A stretch of DNA of 64,000 nucleotides from a virus (Duplodnaviria > Caudoviricetes), in IMG/VR virus record IMGVR_UViG_3300009716_000731, positions 32,001 to 96,000 of that record. The stretch is one strand, 5' to 3'. The position numbers were made by a program, and so were the translations under genes. This document shows, piece after piece, positions 1-9,412 of this stretch. Position 1 is the stretch's first letter. The number at the start of each line of letters is the position of its first letter. Below the pieces are notes generated by a model. The model saw only the letters and a program-made list of their open reading frames with translations, made no database searches and was not told the origin of the DNA.

Positions 1-2
1 TC

Positions 3-659
3 AAATGTTTTATTTCTTATAAATTTTATATTACTATTAGATAGGTATTTATCTATGAATATTTCACCTTTTGAATCGCTACACTTCTTACACCCAAATC
101 CTTTTAGATGATGATAAGGTGATTGAGTAAATTCTCCATGTTTTGGACAAACTATTGTAACTTTTACACTATTATTTATAAAAATAGTTTTATCATAATT
201 ATATTTATTACTATGTATATCTTTTGCAATTTCTATAAACTCTGATTTTGTTTTATTATAATTATTTGAGCACTTTGAGCATCCTATACCTTTTATATGA
301 TGTAGTGGAAGTTGTTCAAAGTTTCCATGTTCTGGGCAAGTTATGATAATTTTGGTATTTGTGTTTATATAAATGGAATTTTGGTATTTGTACTTATTTT
401 TATGTATTTTATTAGATTCATTTATAAAATTTTCTAAACCCTTTGAGGATGAAGTACTTCTTTTCTCATTACCACACTTTGGACAACCACATCCTTTTAA
501 GTAATGATTCTTAGGGCTTTGAGTGAAATTTCCATGTATAGGACAAGTTATAATAATTTTGGTATTATTATTTATATAATTAGAATACTCGTATGAGTAA
601 AAGTTATTATGTTTTATTGATGACTTTTCAATAAATATCTGTAGTTTTTTATTTTCCAT
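3..659 (-). CDS. Homing endonuclease-like protein with repeated Zn-binding units (DUF723-like); runs off the window start
   Basis: Not in the ORF track. Manual translation from ATG 659: MENKKLQIFIEKSS...ITCPIHGNFTQSPKNHYLKGCGCPKCG, with the CPxHGxF-Q...GCxxC unit present three times. AATATATA motif upstream. Confidence 0.75.
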   Translation of the reverse strand, partial: MENKKLQIFIEKSSIKHNNFYSYEYSNYINNNTKIIITCPIHGNFTQSPKNHYLKGCGCPKCGNEKRSTSSSKGLENFINESNKIHKNKYKYQNSIYINTNTKIIITCPEHGNFEQLPLHHIKGIGCSKCSNNYNKTKSEFIEIAKDIHSNKYNYDKTIFINNSVKVTIVCPKHGEFTQSPYHHLKGFGCKKCSDSKGEIFIDKYLSNSNIKFIRNKTF

Positions 660-754
660 ATTATATATATTAAAAAATAAAAATGGTTTGTTGTGGTTAG
701 TAACCTTAATCTACATCATAATTTTGTTTTTTTTATTTATATATTAGTTATTTG

Positions 755-832
755 TGATCCCACCAGGATTCGAACCCGATAACGCTGGGTTTAGAAGCCA
801 GCTCACCACCAAGGTGATTACGTTGAAGGACC
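755..832 (-). tRNA. Atypical tRNA-like gene; anticodon CUA (amber) if folded symmetrically, otherwise a degenerate tRNA-Arg(UCU)
   Basis: GGTCCTT...TCACC-TTGGT-GGTGA, GCTGG-CTTCTAAAC-CCAGC, GGTTCGAATCC T-loop, 3' TGGGATCA. TATCTTTG promoter element at 851-858. Confidence 0.7.
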
Positions 833-883
833 ATTTCTTTAATTGTTATACAAAGATACAACTATTTTTTATACCACCAAATT

Positions 884-1090
884 TTATTCTTGTTTTTTTA
901 GATCATCAATTGCATATTGTTCTAAAATAGATGGATTGTGAATCCATTCTTTCCAAACATCAAAATCTTTTAATCGCTCGAATGTTTCTTTTGGAATTAA
1001 AACAAATCCATCTGGTGCTACTGCACCAAATTTATGATAGTGAGCGTTTTTTATTTTTTCTTTTATTTGTTCTTCTTTTGTTTTCATCAA
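884..1090 (-). CDS. Hypothetical protein
   Basis: 68-aa ORF, co-oriented with neighbours. Confidence 0.5.
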   Translation of the reverse strand: MMKTKEEQIKEKIKNAHYHKFGAVAPDGFVLIPKETFERLKDFDVWKEWIHNPSILEQYAIDDLKKQE

Positions 1091-1379
1091 TTTGTTCTAA
1101 ACTTACTTTTTTATAACTAATTATCTTTTTATAAAATTTTGGGGACAATTTATATATCAGACTTTCTATTTTTCCTAAAAAAATATTTTTCCAGCTACCT
1201 ACATTACATAGAGCACAATCATTTTTGTATTCTTGGTGTGCACTACAAATAGAGTGCCATTTTTTCTTAAAAATAAAAAATCCTTTATCTTTCATATAAT
1301 ATTTATCTAAAAACTTATTAATTCTTTTGTCTAACTCTTTATTCCCAGAATTAAATTTTTTATTTCTATATACTGACAT
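1032..1379 (-). CDS. Hypothetical protein (Cys/His cluster)
   Basis: ORF with CSAH...CALC. Confidence 0.55.
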   Translation of the reverse strand: MSVYRNKKFNSGNKELDKRINKFLDKYYMKDKGFFIFKKKWHSICSAHQEYKNDCALCNVGSWKNIFLGKIESLIYKLSPKFYKKIISYKKVSLEQIDENKRRTNKRKNKKRSLS

Positions 1380-1424
1380 TTTTATTTATATAAAAAATGG
1401 ACTTAATAGTTTAATATATACATT

Positions 1425-2444
1425 ATGAAGTATATTAAAACAGTTGATGAGTATTCTATAAATGAAGAATTGGAATTCAAAATGAGTTGGAGAGGATTTT
1501 TATTAGGTATATGTATTGTTGCTGCTTATAGGCACTATTTTCCTGCTAAGAAAAATCTCACTTTAGGTGAAATGAATAGAATTGTTGCTGATGTTGATAA
1601 CAAACCCACATTAAAAGAAAAAATTGCTATTAATGCTATAAAAAATAGCTTAATATCAGATCTTAAGCAAGATAAGAAAATCTCAGATGATGAAAGAAAG
1701 AAGCTAATAGATGGTATTAATACTATACCTTTTGTCTTAGTTGATACTGATACTATCCAACTAATTACTGGAAGGGATGCACTTGGTTGTTATTTTGGTT
1801 ACTTGGATAATTTCAAGAATCTAATGACAGTAATATTAGTTGATAGGGAAAGAATTAAATTAGGTACTGATTTTGATGAGGTTATACTACATGAGTTAAG
1901 ACATTTAGTTGATGATTTATTGGTTGATGGTAGAAAAGAATACAGTGAATTATCAAATATTGTTGATATATTAGACAAGGATATTGTTTTGAGGAATGAA
2001 GCAGGAGAGAGAAAGATAAGAAAAAAGATAAATGATTATATTGACGTAATGGTTAAAAAAACCGGTAGAGAAAATGATCCAAAGACTCAGGAAATTGGTC
2101 AAAGACTAAAAGATCAATATTTTGATATTATTTTTTTAGATAAAGATAAAATGAATTATTTAACATCATCATCGGAGATATATGCAAGATTTCATGGATT
2201 AAAAAGATGGATGATAAAAAATGGTTATCTAAAAGATATGAATAGTGAAATAACACAAGATATTATTGTTAAAATGATGCAAAATGAGCAATTGTTGGAT
2301 GTAAATATTATCAGAAAAGACTTCTTCCAATTATTATTTTATATGGATGTTGATTTTATAGGTAAAACGAAAAGTGATGTATCTAAACTAAACTCAATTG
2401 TAACAAATTATAGAGATTATATATCAAATGAAAAACCCGCTTAA
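1425..2444 (+). CDS. Putative zinc metalloprotease with N-terminal CTS-like tag
   Basis: HELRH (HExxH) plus downstream EIYAR; starts MKYIKTVDEYSINEE; hydrophobic segment near N-terminus. Confidence 0.65.
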   Translation: MKYIKTVDEYSINEELEFKMSWRGFLLGICIVAAYRHYFPAKKNLTLGEMNRIVADVDNKPTLKEKIAINAIKNSLISDLKQDKKISDDERKKLIDGINTIPFVLVDTDTIQLITGRDALGCYFGYLDNFKNLMTVILVDRERIKLGTDFDEVILHELRHLVDDLLVDGRKEYSELSNIVDILDKDIVLRNEAGERKIRKKINDYIDVMVKKTGRENDPKTQEIGQRLKDQYFDIIFLDKDKMNYLTSSSEIYARFHGLKRWMIKNGYLKDMNSEITQDIIVKMMQNEQLLDVNIIRKDFFQLLFYMDVDFIGKTKSDVSKLNSIVTNYRDYISNEKPA

Positions 2445-2457
2445 AAGCGGATTTTTT
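2431..2457. terminator. Bidirectional intrinsic terminator
   Basis: AAAAAC-CCGC-TTAAAA-GCGG-ATTTTTT between convergent genes. Confidence 0.6.
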
Positions 2458-3700
2458 CTTTTATAGCAGGCATATAAATTTCAATCAAATCGATCAATTC
2501 TTTTTTACATTCTAAAGTCAATGATTTACTTTTATTTTGATTCATCAAAATCATAAATGAACTAACAACTTTATTAAACTTAAAAGCTTCTGTATAGTCA
2601 AATATAGTTTTCTTAAATACTTCTATGTCAATAGTTTCCTCACCAGTTTTTTCCAACCAAGTTTTCATTCGATTAATAAATCGTCTAATACCAATTATAT
2701 TTTCATCTGACCAAGAACCACCATCAAAATAGTGACCAATAAACATCAAGTAAAATCTAATTTCATCTGAGTCATAACCATCCAAACTTACTACATTATC
2801 TTTTGACTTAGACATTTTTTCACCATTATTCAATATCATTCCTTGGTGTATCAATTTAGTAATAGGTTCCTCAAAATCAATAAAACCTATATCATACAAA
2901 AACATTGTAATAAATCTAATGTAGATCAAATGCATACAAGCATGTTCTGATCCACCAATATACAAATCTGCTGGTTTTGGTTTAATACCTTTCATCAAAC
3001 AATAAACAATAGTATAGATAGAACTATCTACAAAAGTGTCCATTGTATCGGTCTCACCTTCAATTGGAATAGGACAACCCCAATTTCTTTGTCTTGATAC
3101 GCACCAATCATGTTGATTTTCCAACCAATTTCTTTGAGCTTTTATCGTTGATTCCGGAAAATCGATTTTATCCAAATTAGCAATCAATCTTTCTTTATAA
3201 TCAGTAATTCTAAAATACCATTGATTCAAAATTTTCTTTTCAACTTGATTTGAGCATCTATCACATTTACCATCTTTTACTTGCTCTCTTGCCAAGACGG
3301 TTTCGCAACTATTACAAAAGTCAACTTCACCATCTTTTTTATAAGCCAATCCTTTATCATACAATTGCTTAAACAACCACTGTGTCCATTTAATGTATTC
3401 AGCATCTGAAGTAATCAACATTTCCTCATATTGAGTATTCATGTTTTTCATTTGCTGTCTAAAGTTTTCTATATTTTCATAGGTAACTTCTCTTGGATCC
3501 CTACCTACTTTTTTCGCATAGTTTTCTGCAGGCAATCCAAAAGCATCATAACCAAAAGGTTGAAAAACGTTAAATCCTTGATAACGCTTATATCTACAAT
3601 AACTATCTACAATAGCATAGTTATACCAATGACCACAATGCAATCCTGACCCTGATGGGTAAGGAAACATTGGAGTTATATACAAATTTTTTTGATCCAT
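2441..3700 (-). CDS. leuS: Minimal leucyl-tRNA synthetase-like protein (class Ia)
   Basis: MFPYPSG..LHCGH (HIGH), GYDAFGLPAENYA, DWCVSRQRNWG, ETDTMDTF, YIGGSEHA, KMSKS; only 419 aa. Confidence 0.9.
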   Translation of the reverse strand: MDQKNLYITPMFPYPSGSGLHCGHWYNYAIVDSYCRYKRYQGFNVFQPFGYDAFGLPAENYAKKVGRDPREVTYENIENFRQQMKNMNTQYEEMLITSDAEYIKWTQWLFKQLYDKGLAYKKDGEVDFCNSCETVLAREQVKDGKCDRCSNQVEKKILNQWYFRITDYKERLIANLDKIDFPESTIKAQRNWLENQHDWCVSRQRNWGCPIPIEGETDTMDTFVDSSIYTIVYCLMKGIKPKPADLYIGGSEHACMHLIYIRFITMFLYDIGFIDFEEPITKLIHQGMILNNGEKMSKSKDNVVSLDGYDSDEIRFYLMFIGHYFDGGSWSDENIIGIRRFINRMKTWLEKTGEETIDIEVFKKTIFDYTEAFKFNKVVSSFMILMNQNKSKSLTLECKKELIDLIEIYMPAIKEKIRF

Positions 3701-3909
3701 TTTTTTACTTTATCTTTAAGTGTTGGTTTTAGTAAAGTTTGTAGCTTTTTATCTCTTTTGTCTATCTTTTCTTGTTGCTTACAATCGTCACATATACTTG
3801 GTCCGCTTACAAACCAAATTTCTCCTGTTTGGTTATTCATTTTAATATCTTCTCTGGTAGAAGGTGTAAATCTTTTACTACATTTCTCACAATCAAAATC
3901 AATCATCAT
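3676..3909 (-). CDS. Small Zn-finger protein with RDKKL motif
   Basis: CEKC...CDDC; KRDKKLQTLL near C-terminus. Confidence 0.6.
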   Translation of the reverse strand: MMIDFDCEKCSKRFTPSTREDIKMNNQTGEIWFVSGPSICDDCKQQEKIDKRDKKLQTLLKPTLKDKVKKWIKKICI

Positions 3910-4358
3910 TATATTGTGTATTTTTTTGTCATATCTGTACCAGCAAATTGTTCAATTTTGCGAATAGCAGATGATGATATATGTTCATATTCTTTATCAC
4001 AGGTTAGATAAATAACATTTATATCTTTCTTAAAATCACTTGTAAATCTAAATTGATTTACTTCATAATCTAAGTCAGTACCGTTTCGTAATCCTCTAAT
4101 TATAATTACTTTACAACCTTCTTTCTCATAATCTTCAACAAGTTCATGTAGAAATTTATTGTAAGTTATAACTGGTCGATTGAGTCGCTTTTCTATTTCT
4201 TTTGGGTCTTCTCTTTCGGGGTAGTTTTTATCTGGATTTATACCAATAGCAACTATGACATTTCCTTTACCAAAAATGCGCTCAGCTTTTTCAATGATGT
4301 TTAGGTGTCCAATATGCATTTTGTTAAATGAGCCGGGATAAATTGCTATTGTTCTCAT
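3909..4358 (-). CDS. coaD: Phosphopantetheine adenylyltransferase
   Basis: AIYPGSF..MHIGH, IIRGLR..DLDYE, ISSSAIR. Confidence 0.9.
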   Translation of the reverse strand: MRTIAIYPGSFNKMHIGHLNIIEKAERIFGKGNVIVAIGINPDKNYPEREDPKEIEKRLNRPVITYNKFLHELVEDYEKEGCKVIIIRGLRNGTDLDYEVNQFRFTSDFKKDINVIYLTCDKEYEHISSSAIRKIEQFAGTDMTKKYTI

Positions 4359-4443
4359 AATTCTTTTTGTATTATATAATTAAAATAATGATGTCCTCTA
4401 TGAAAAGGTTGATAATTATAACAAAATTAAGAAAAAATTTTTA

Positions 4444-5376
4444 CTATTCCAAACTTGCTAAGTATCTTTCAGCATCTAATGCTGCCATACAACCAGTACC
4501 TGCCGCAGTAATAGCTTGTCTATAAACATTATCTGCTACGTCACCGGCTGCAAAAACACCTGGTATATTAGTTTTAGTTGTTCCTTTTTCAGTAACGATA
4601 TATCCAGTTGAATCTAATGTTAAATAATCCTTAAATATATCTGTATTTGGCTTATGACCAATTGCTAAAAAGAATCCTGTTGCTGGTATCTCAGTTACTT
4701 CTTCTGTTAAGGTATTTTTAACTCTGATTTTAGTAACAACTTGACCGTCTCCAACAACTTCTTCGGTTACCGTGTTCATAAGTATTTCAATGTTTTCCGT
4801 ATTTTTAACTCTATCAACCATAATTTTAGAAGCTCTAAAATCACTTCTTACTAACATAGTTACTTTTTTACATATTTTAGATAAATAGTGTGCTTCTTCA
4901 CAAGCTGAGTCTCCAGCACCAACTACTACAACATTTTGATTTCTATAAAAGAATCCATCACAGATAGCACATGCAGAAACACCACCACCTAATTCTAAGT
5001 ATTTTTGTTCTCCTTTTACACCAGAGTATTTTGCAGTAGCTCCAGTTGATATAATTACGGTATCAGCTTCGATTTGATGATCGTGATTGATTGTAATTAT
5101 TTTTTTATCTGTTGAAAAATCTACTTTCGTTACCAAATTATTTCGTATGTCTGTACCAAATCTTTTAGCTTGTTCTTCCATGTTATTCATAAGATCAATA
5201 CCTTTTATACCATTTATAAAAGCTGGGTAATTTTCAACATCATTGGTTGTTGTTAGCTGTCCACCAGGTTGCATTCCTTGATATAAAACAGGTTTCATAT
5301 TTGCTCTTGCTGCATAAATTGCAGCGGTATACCCTGCAGGTCCTGATCCTATAATAATACATTTAACTTTTTCCAT
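4444..5376 (-). CDS. trxB: Thioredoxin reductase
   Basis: GSGPAG, GGQLTTT, CAICD, GAGDSA, FAAGDV, YRQAITAAG. Confidence 0.97.
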   Translation of the reverse strand: MEKVKCIIIGSGPAGYTAAIYAARANMKPVLYQGMQPGGQLTTTNDVENYPAFINGIKGIDLMNNMEEQAKRFGTDIRNNLVTKVDFSTDKKIITINHDHQIEADTVIISTGATAKYSGVKGEQKYLELGGGVSACAICDGFFYRNQNVVVVGAGDSACEEAHYLSKICKKVTMLVRSDFRASKIMVDRVKNTENIEILMNTVTEEVVGDGQVVTKIRVKNTLTEEVTEIPATGFFLAIGHKPNTDIFKDYLTLDSTGYIVTEKGTTKTNIPGVFAAGDVADNVYRQAITAAGTGCMAALDAERYLASLE

Positions 5377-5408
5377 AATATTTATATAATTATTACTATA
5401 TTTGTTTT

Positions 5409-5855
5409 ATGAATGCAACCAAAAAGTTAAGAGAATTAGGATTTACTAAGATACCTTTTCATAAGCCAAATCCATATAATGATGGAGAAGCTATGATACT
5501 GGATGATCATACTACTAAGCATGTAATTGATAATAAGACAGGTAGGTATGTTCAGGTAAAAGAAAAAAAGATACATCCAAAACAAGATTCACATTGGAAA
5601 TTGGTATTTAATGAACAATATATAATTTGGATTATGGTTAGTAATAATGTAGTTGATAAGGTTTATTTACAAGATAATTTTAATAAAACTAAGAAAACTG
5701 CATATGGATTCTCGTTAAGAAATGACTTAACAGAGTTATATAATTTTAATGGTAGTTTTGGTACATCCACTAAGATAGTTAGTAAAAAACAAATTATAAA
5801 CTTATTACCATTAAGTATTAAAAGAGATTTTATAATAAAAGATTTATTCAAATGA
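5409..5855 (+). CDS. Hypothetical protein with C-terminal motif variant
   Basis: ORF behind TATATTTG; ends KRDFIIKDLFK. Confidence 0.65.
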   Translation: MNATKKLRELGFTKIPFHKPNPYNDGEAMILDDHTTKHVIDNKTGRYVQVKEKKIHPKQDSHWKLVFNEQYIIWIMVSNNVVDKVYLQDNFNKTKKTAYGFSLRNDLTELYNFNGSFGTSTKIVSKKQIINLLPLSIKRDFIIKDLFK

Positions 5856-6040
5856 AAGAATATAAGCCAATAATAATAGATCATCTTGATCTGATAGGTG
5901 ATAAAACATATTTAGATGATGAAACATTATCGTCTTATCATGTTATGGCTTATAGATTAAAGAAGTTAGCTAAGAAAAATATGAGAAAAGTTAAACGAAT
6001 AGAAAAAATAAAAAGAATATGCCTGAAGGACCAGAATTAA
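5852..6040 (+). CDS. Small hypothetical protein
   Basis: Overlaps the end of the upstream gene by 4 nt; ends KRIEKIKRICL. Confidence 0.55.
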   Translation: MKEYKPIIIDHLDLIGDKTYLDDETLSSYHVMAYRLKKLAKKNMRKVKRIEKIKRICLKDQN

Positions 6041-6096
6041 AAGATATAGCTTATATAAGAGATCAAAAAATTGATAAATTATTAAACGATAAATAA
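6019..6096 (+). CDS. 25-aa mini-ORF MPEGPELKDIAYIRDQKIDKLLNDK
   Basis: Manual translation; Fpg/Nei-like N-terminus plus the C-terminal motif; ends at a terminator. Confidence 0.5.
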   Translation: MPEGPELKDIAYIRDQKIDKLLNDK

Positions 6097-6124
6097 AAAG
6101 AGAGACTTTCGTCTCTCTTTTTTT
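6095..6124. terminator. Bidirectional intrinsic terminator
   Basis: AAAAAGAGAGAC-TTTC-GTCTCTCTTTTTT. Confidence 0.8.
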
Positions 6125-6977
6125 ATTCTACTCCTTGCATTAGCTCAAATGCTTGTTCTTTTATTTGTTTTTGTAATAACTCCATAGCTCTTGCTAATCT
6201 TGTTAAACCAATTCCAGCACCATATCTTGGGAAAAAGTCGTGTGATAAAAAGTCATTTAATTCTTTAACAACTCTTTCTTCTCCAAATAAGTCAAATAGT
6301 TTTTTAGCGTAACCACCATTTTCGATAGTATAGAACATTTCTCTCATTTTCTCAACATCACAACTTCTTTCAGCAGAACCAATAGTTTCTTGACCGAATA
6401 AAATAACATCTACCTTATTAAAAATGTTATCTTGGTTGTGTTTCATATTCCAAAATGGATTTGTTCTAATTGGAAAGTTTTGTAAAGAAACACAATGTCC
6501 TAATTCTTTCCACATTCTTGCTTCGTGTTCGTTCTCAAGAATTTCCACTCCACCATATTCTTGACATAAATCATCATAGTTTCTTTCTACTGGTGAACCA
6601 AAACCTAAATAAACTAAAAGTTCATGTTCTAATTTTAGAAGATCTTCCATTGTTCCTTTTGACTCAAACTCAAACATAGGAAAAATAGTTTCATGTCTTC
6701 CTTCGATAGGATTTTTTTCAGCACGGTAAGATGTAGTTATACAAAATACTCCTTCCCATTCTGGATTTTTTAATAATTCATGTTCTAACCACATTTGTCC
6801 TGTTTGTGGTAAAGGCCATACTTGATTGTTCCATTGATAAGTTTCAACAGAGTGAGGATTTTCACAAGCTGCTAAGATTGATAATCTTGGTTGAGCTGGA
6901 ACCTCGATGAAATTTTTTGACAAAAAAAATTCTCTTAGTTTCTGAACTAGAGAATGATACATTAAAGTGTTACGCAT
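6123..6977 (-). CDS. Class II aaRS catalytic-domain-only protein (AsnRS/AspRS-like; no anticodon-binding domain)
   Basis: LREFF...FIEV (motif 1), LPQTGQMWLE, SYRAE...RH..IFPMFEFE (motif 2), GAGIGLTRL (motif 3). Start is uncertain (6977 or 7016). Confidence 0.85.
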   Translation of the reverse strand: MRNTLMYHSLVQKLREFFLSKNFIEVPAQPRLSILAACENPHSVETYQWNNQVWPLPQTGQMWLEHELLKNPEWEGVFCITTSYRAEKNPIEGRHETIFPMFEFESKGTMEDLLKLEHELLVYLGFGSPVERNYDDLCQEYGGVEILENEHEARMWKELGHCVSLQNFPIRTNPFWNMKHNQDNIFNKVDVILFGQETIGSAERSCDVEKMREMFYTIENGGYAKKLFDLFGEERVVKELNDFLSHDFFPRYGAGIGLTRLARAMELLQKQIKEQAFELMQGVE

Positions 6978-7084
6978 AAGAAATTTTTTTTTTGAGTCAA
7001 TTAAAAATTGTCTCAAATGTTAGTTATTATTAAATTCTAGATATATATAAAAAAATTACCTTTTGTTTAGGTAATTTTTATTTT

Positions 7085-7459
7085 TTATATTCCAATTTCA
7101 TTTAGTTTATTTTCTCTATACATTGGCATAAATACTTCTTCAAGAATAGTTAGGCTTTTTCTTTCTGAATCTGTTAGACTTGAAACTTTATATCTTAAGC
7201 TACTACCCGTATTTCTTTTGTTATTTAGTTCTTCGTAGATGTTTTTTATTTCTTCAATATCAATATCTTGATATTCACTTTCAATAACTATATCTTGTAT
7301 ATTATAATTTTGATGATAAATTTCTTGTGTGAATTCTTTTGATATTTGTTTACTTACTCTAATAAATTTTTGCTTACTTGTTTGATATATTACAACATTT
7401 AGTTGATCTTTTGACTCGTTTGTTAAAATTTCTGCTTTTATTAGCGTAAGTTCATCCAT
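7085..7459 (-). CDS. Hypothetical protein with C-terminal motif
   Basis: Ends YRENKLNEIGI. Confidence 0.65.
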   Translation of the reverse strand: MDELTLIKAEILTNESKDQLNVVIYQTSKQKFIRVSKQISKEFTQEIYHQNYNIQDIVIESEYQDIDIEEIKNIYEELNNKRNTGSSLRYKVSSLTDSERKSLTILEEVFMPMYRENKLNEIGI

Positions 7460-7512
7460 TTTTATTAATTATTTTTTGTTTTATATATTTATATATTAAT
7501 ATATAATATGCT

Positions 7513-9411
7513 ATGATAGTTAAAAGTTTTAATAATTTTATTAATGAAAATATGGATCAAGCAAAATCCATAATTTCTAAGAAGATGAAAGCGTTTGAGA
7601 AGCTTAAAGATCTTCTATCTAAAAACATGGGATATATTGGTAAGTTTACTGAATATCTAATGTCAGAGAATATATCGTATGAGCAGTTAGAAGAATTATA
7701 TAAAAAGATAATAGATCTAAAGTCTAAAAATGTTACGTTAGATATATCTAAATTAACTTATGAAAAAGCTTTAGATAAAGCTCAAGACTCATATAATGAT
7801 TTATCAGTTAATTCATTAATTAGTAAATTTCCTTCTTTACAAAAAAGTTTAGCAAGAGAAGCTATAAAAAATAATAGTTCAAACTTTAATATTTTATTAA
7901 AGGTATCTAAAAAAGATAACTTAGAAGCTTTTATTAGTAAAGTAGCAAGATATAAAAGTAAAGAACAATTATTAGATGCTCTCAAACTTTTCTCAAAAGA
8001 TGCTAAAAATGATAGAGAATATGTTAAATCTATTTTACCTGAACTTAAAAGTAAAATAGTATTTGAGAATGATGAGATTATGATTGTTTATGTTCCTAAA
8101 CATGAAGATATAAAAGTATTAGGATCTGATACTTCTTGGTGTATTGTTGGTGGTATGTGGAGTAGATATACGACCGGTAGATACCAATACATACTTTATA
8201 ATTATGACTTAGATGAGTATAATCCACTATTTAAGATTGGATTCACTCTAAATCCGAATGGTTCTGTTCATGCAGCACACGATATATTAGATGGTTCTTG
8301 TTCTCAGGTATTAGAAGCTATTTTAGCTAAAAATAATATAACTAAGATAAATTTAATTACTGGTTTAGGTGATATAGAAGGAGCTGTTAAAAAAATTGAG
8401 GTTAAAGATATAAAAGCTAATACTTCAATAGCATCTATTGAACTACTAATTAATTCTTCTGATAAAGAAACTTTAGCTTTAATTGTTAAGAAATTATTAC
8501 AAGTTTATAAATGGAGTAAAACTTTAGGATTTGAAAGAAGTGTAAGTGATGGTAGAAAGAATCTATTAATAAAATCAGTAAAACAATTATTTGCAGGTGT
8601 TGATTTAATTGATCGTGAAAAGTGTAATGCTGTTGATGAATCTTTATTCTCATTTGTTAATTATTATAAGGGAAGTTTTACCAATTTCTTTAACAAAGAC
8701 TTCTTTAGTTGGAGTCTACCAGCTAATGTATTATTAAAAGTTATTGATAAGTGGAGCGATGAAACAATTATAAAAGGTGCAGTTTACTCATCTGATTTGA
8801 TGGTTAGTGGTTATATAGATTATACCAAACCAATTGACGATTCTAAATTTAGAAAAGGTATAGAAGCTACTAAAAAATTATCAGATAGGTTAAATAAAAT
8901 CTATAAAGATAAATCATATTTAGAATATGAAGGTAAAATAAATTTGAATCCATTTTTTAGTAGAATAGTTTTCTTAAATTATGTTTTAGGTAGACCAGAA
9001 GCTTGTCCTAAAGAATTACTAAAGTATGCTAATAATAATTCATATCCAGGATTATTTGATAAAGAAATTGATATAAGTGGTCAAACTATTTTAGGATCAT
9101 ATGTAAATGATTATCCAATTGAAAGTATTAAGAAGAAAGATTATCAAGATGCTTATATAAATATAGGAGATTGGAGAACATTTATTAGATTTATCCCAAG
9201 AATACTTAGACATCTTAATGGCTATAAGTTAGTATTTAAGATAGGTAAAAATAGTTTGAGAGATATTGCAACTCGTGGAAGCTATGGAACAATTCCTGAG
9301 ACGGATATTATTTACTTAAAAAAGATGCAGGATATAATGCGTAAGTTCCCTCAAAGATTAGTAAAAGGTAAAAAAGTTACAGAAGGTAACATAACAATAG
9401 AAGTAGTTTAA
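7513..9411 (+). CDS. Large hypothetical protein with CTS-like tag and TxWC motif
   Basis: Starts MIVKSFNNFINE; LGSDTSWCI; AATATATA upstream. Confidence 0.75.
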   Translation: MIVKSFNNFINENMDQAKSIISKKMKAFEKLKDLLSKNMGYIGKFTEYLMSENISYEQLEELYKKIIDLKSKNVTLDISKLTYEKALDKAQDSYNDLSVNSLISKFPSLQKSLAREAIKNNSSNFNILLKVSKKDNLEAFISKVARYKSKEQLLDALKLFSKDAKNDREYVKSILPELKSKIVFENDEIMIVYVPKHEDIKVLGSDTSWCIVGGMWSRYTTGRYQYILYNYDLDEYNPLFKIGFTLNPNGSVHAAHDILDGSCSQVLEAILAKNNITKINLITGLGDIEGAVKKIEVKDIKANTSIASIELLINSSDKETLALIVKKLLQVYKWSKTLGFERSVSDGRKNLLIKSVKQLFAGVDLIDREKCNAVDESLFSFVNYYKGSFTNFFNKDFFSWSLPANVLLKVIDKWSDETIIKGAVYSSDLMVSGYIDYTKPIDDSKFRKGIEATKKLSDRLNKIYKDKSYLEYEGKINLNPFFSRIVFLNYVLGRPEACPKELLKYANNNSYPGLFDKEIDISGQTILGSYVNDYPIESIKKKDYQDAYINIGDWRTFIRFIPRILRHLNGYKLVFKIGKNSLRDIATRGSYGTIPETDIIYLKKMQDIMRKFPQRLVKGKKVTEGNITIEVV

Positions 9412-9412
9412 T

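Noticed and set aside
755-832. Pyrrolysine tRNA
   Set aside because: It has a canonical TTCGAAT T-loop and Arg-like acceptor end, and no pylS or pylBCD genes are in the window.
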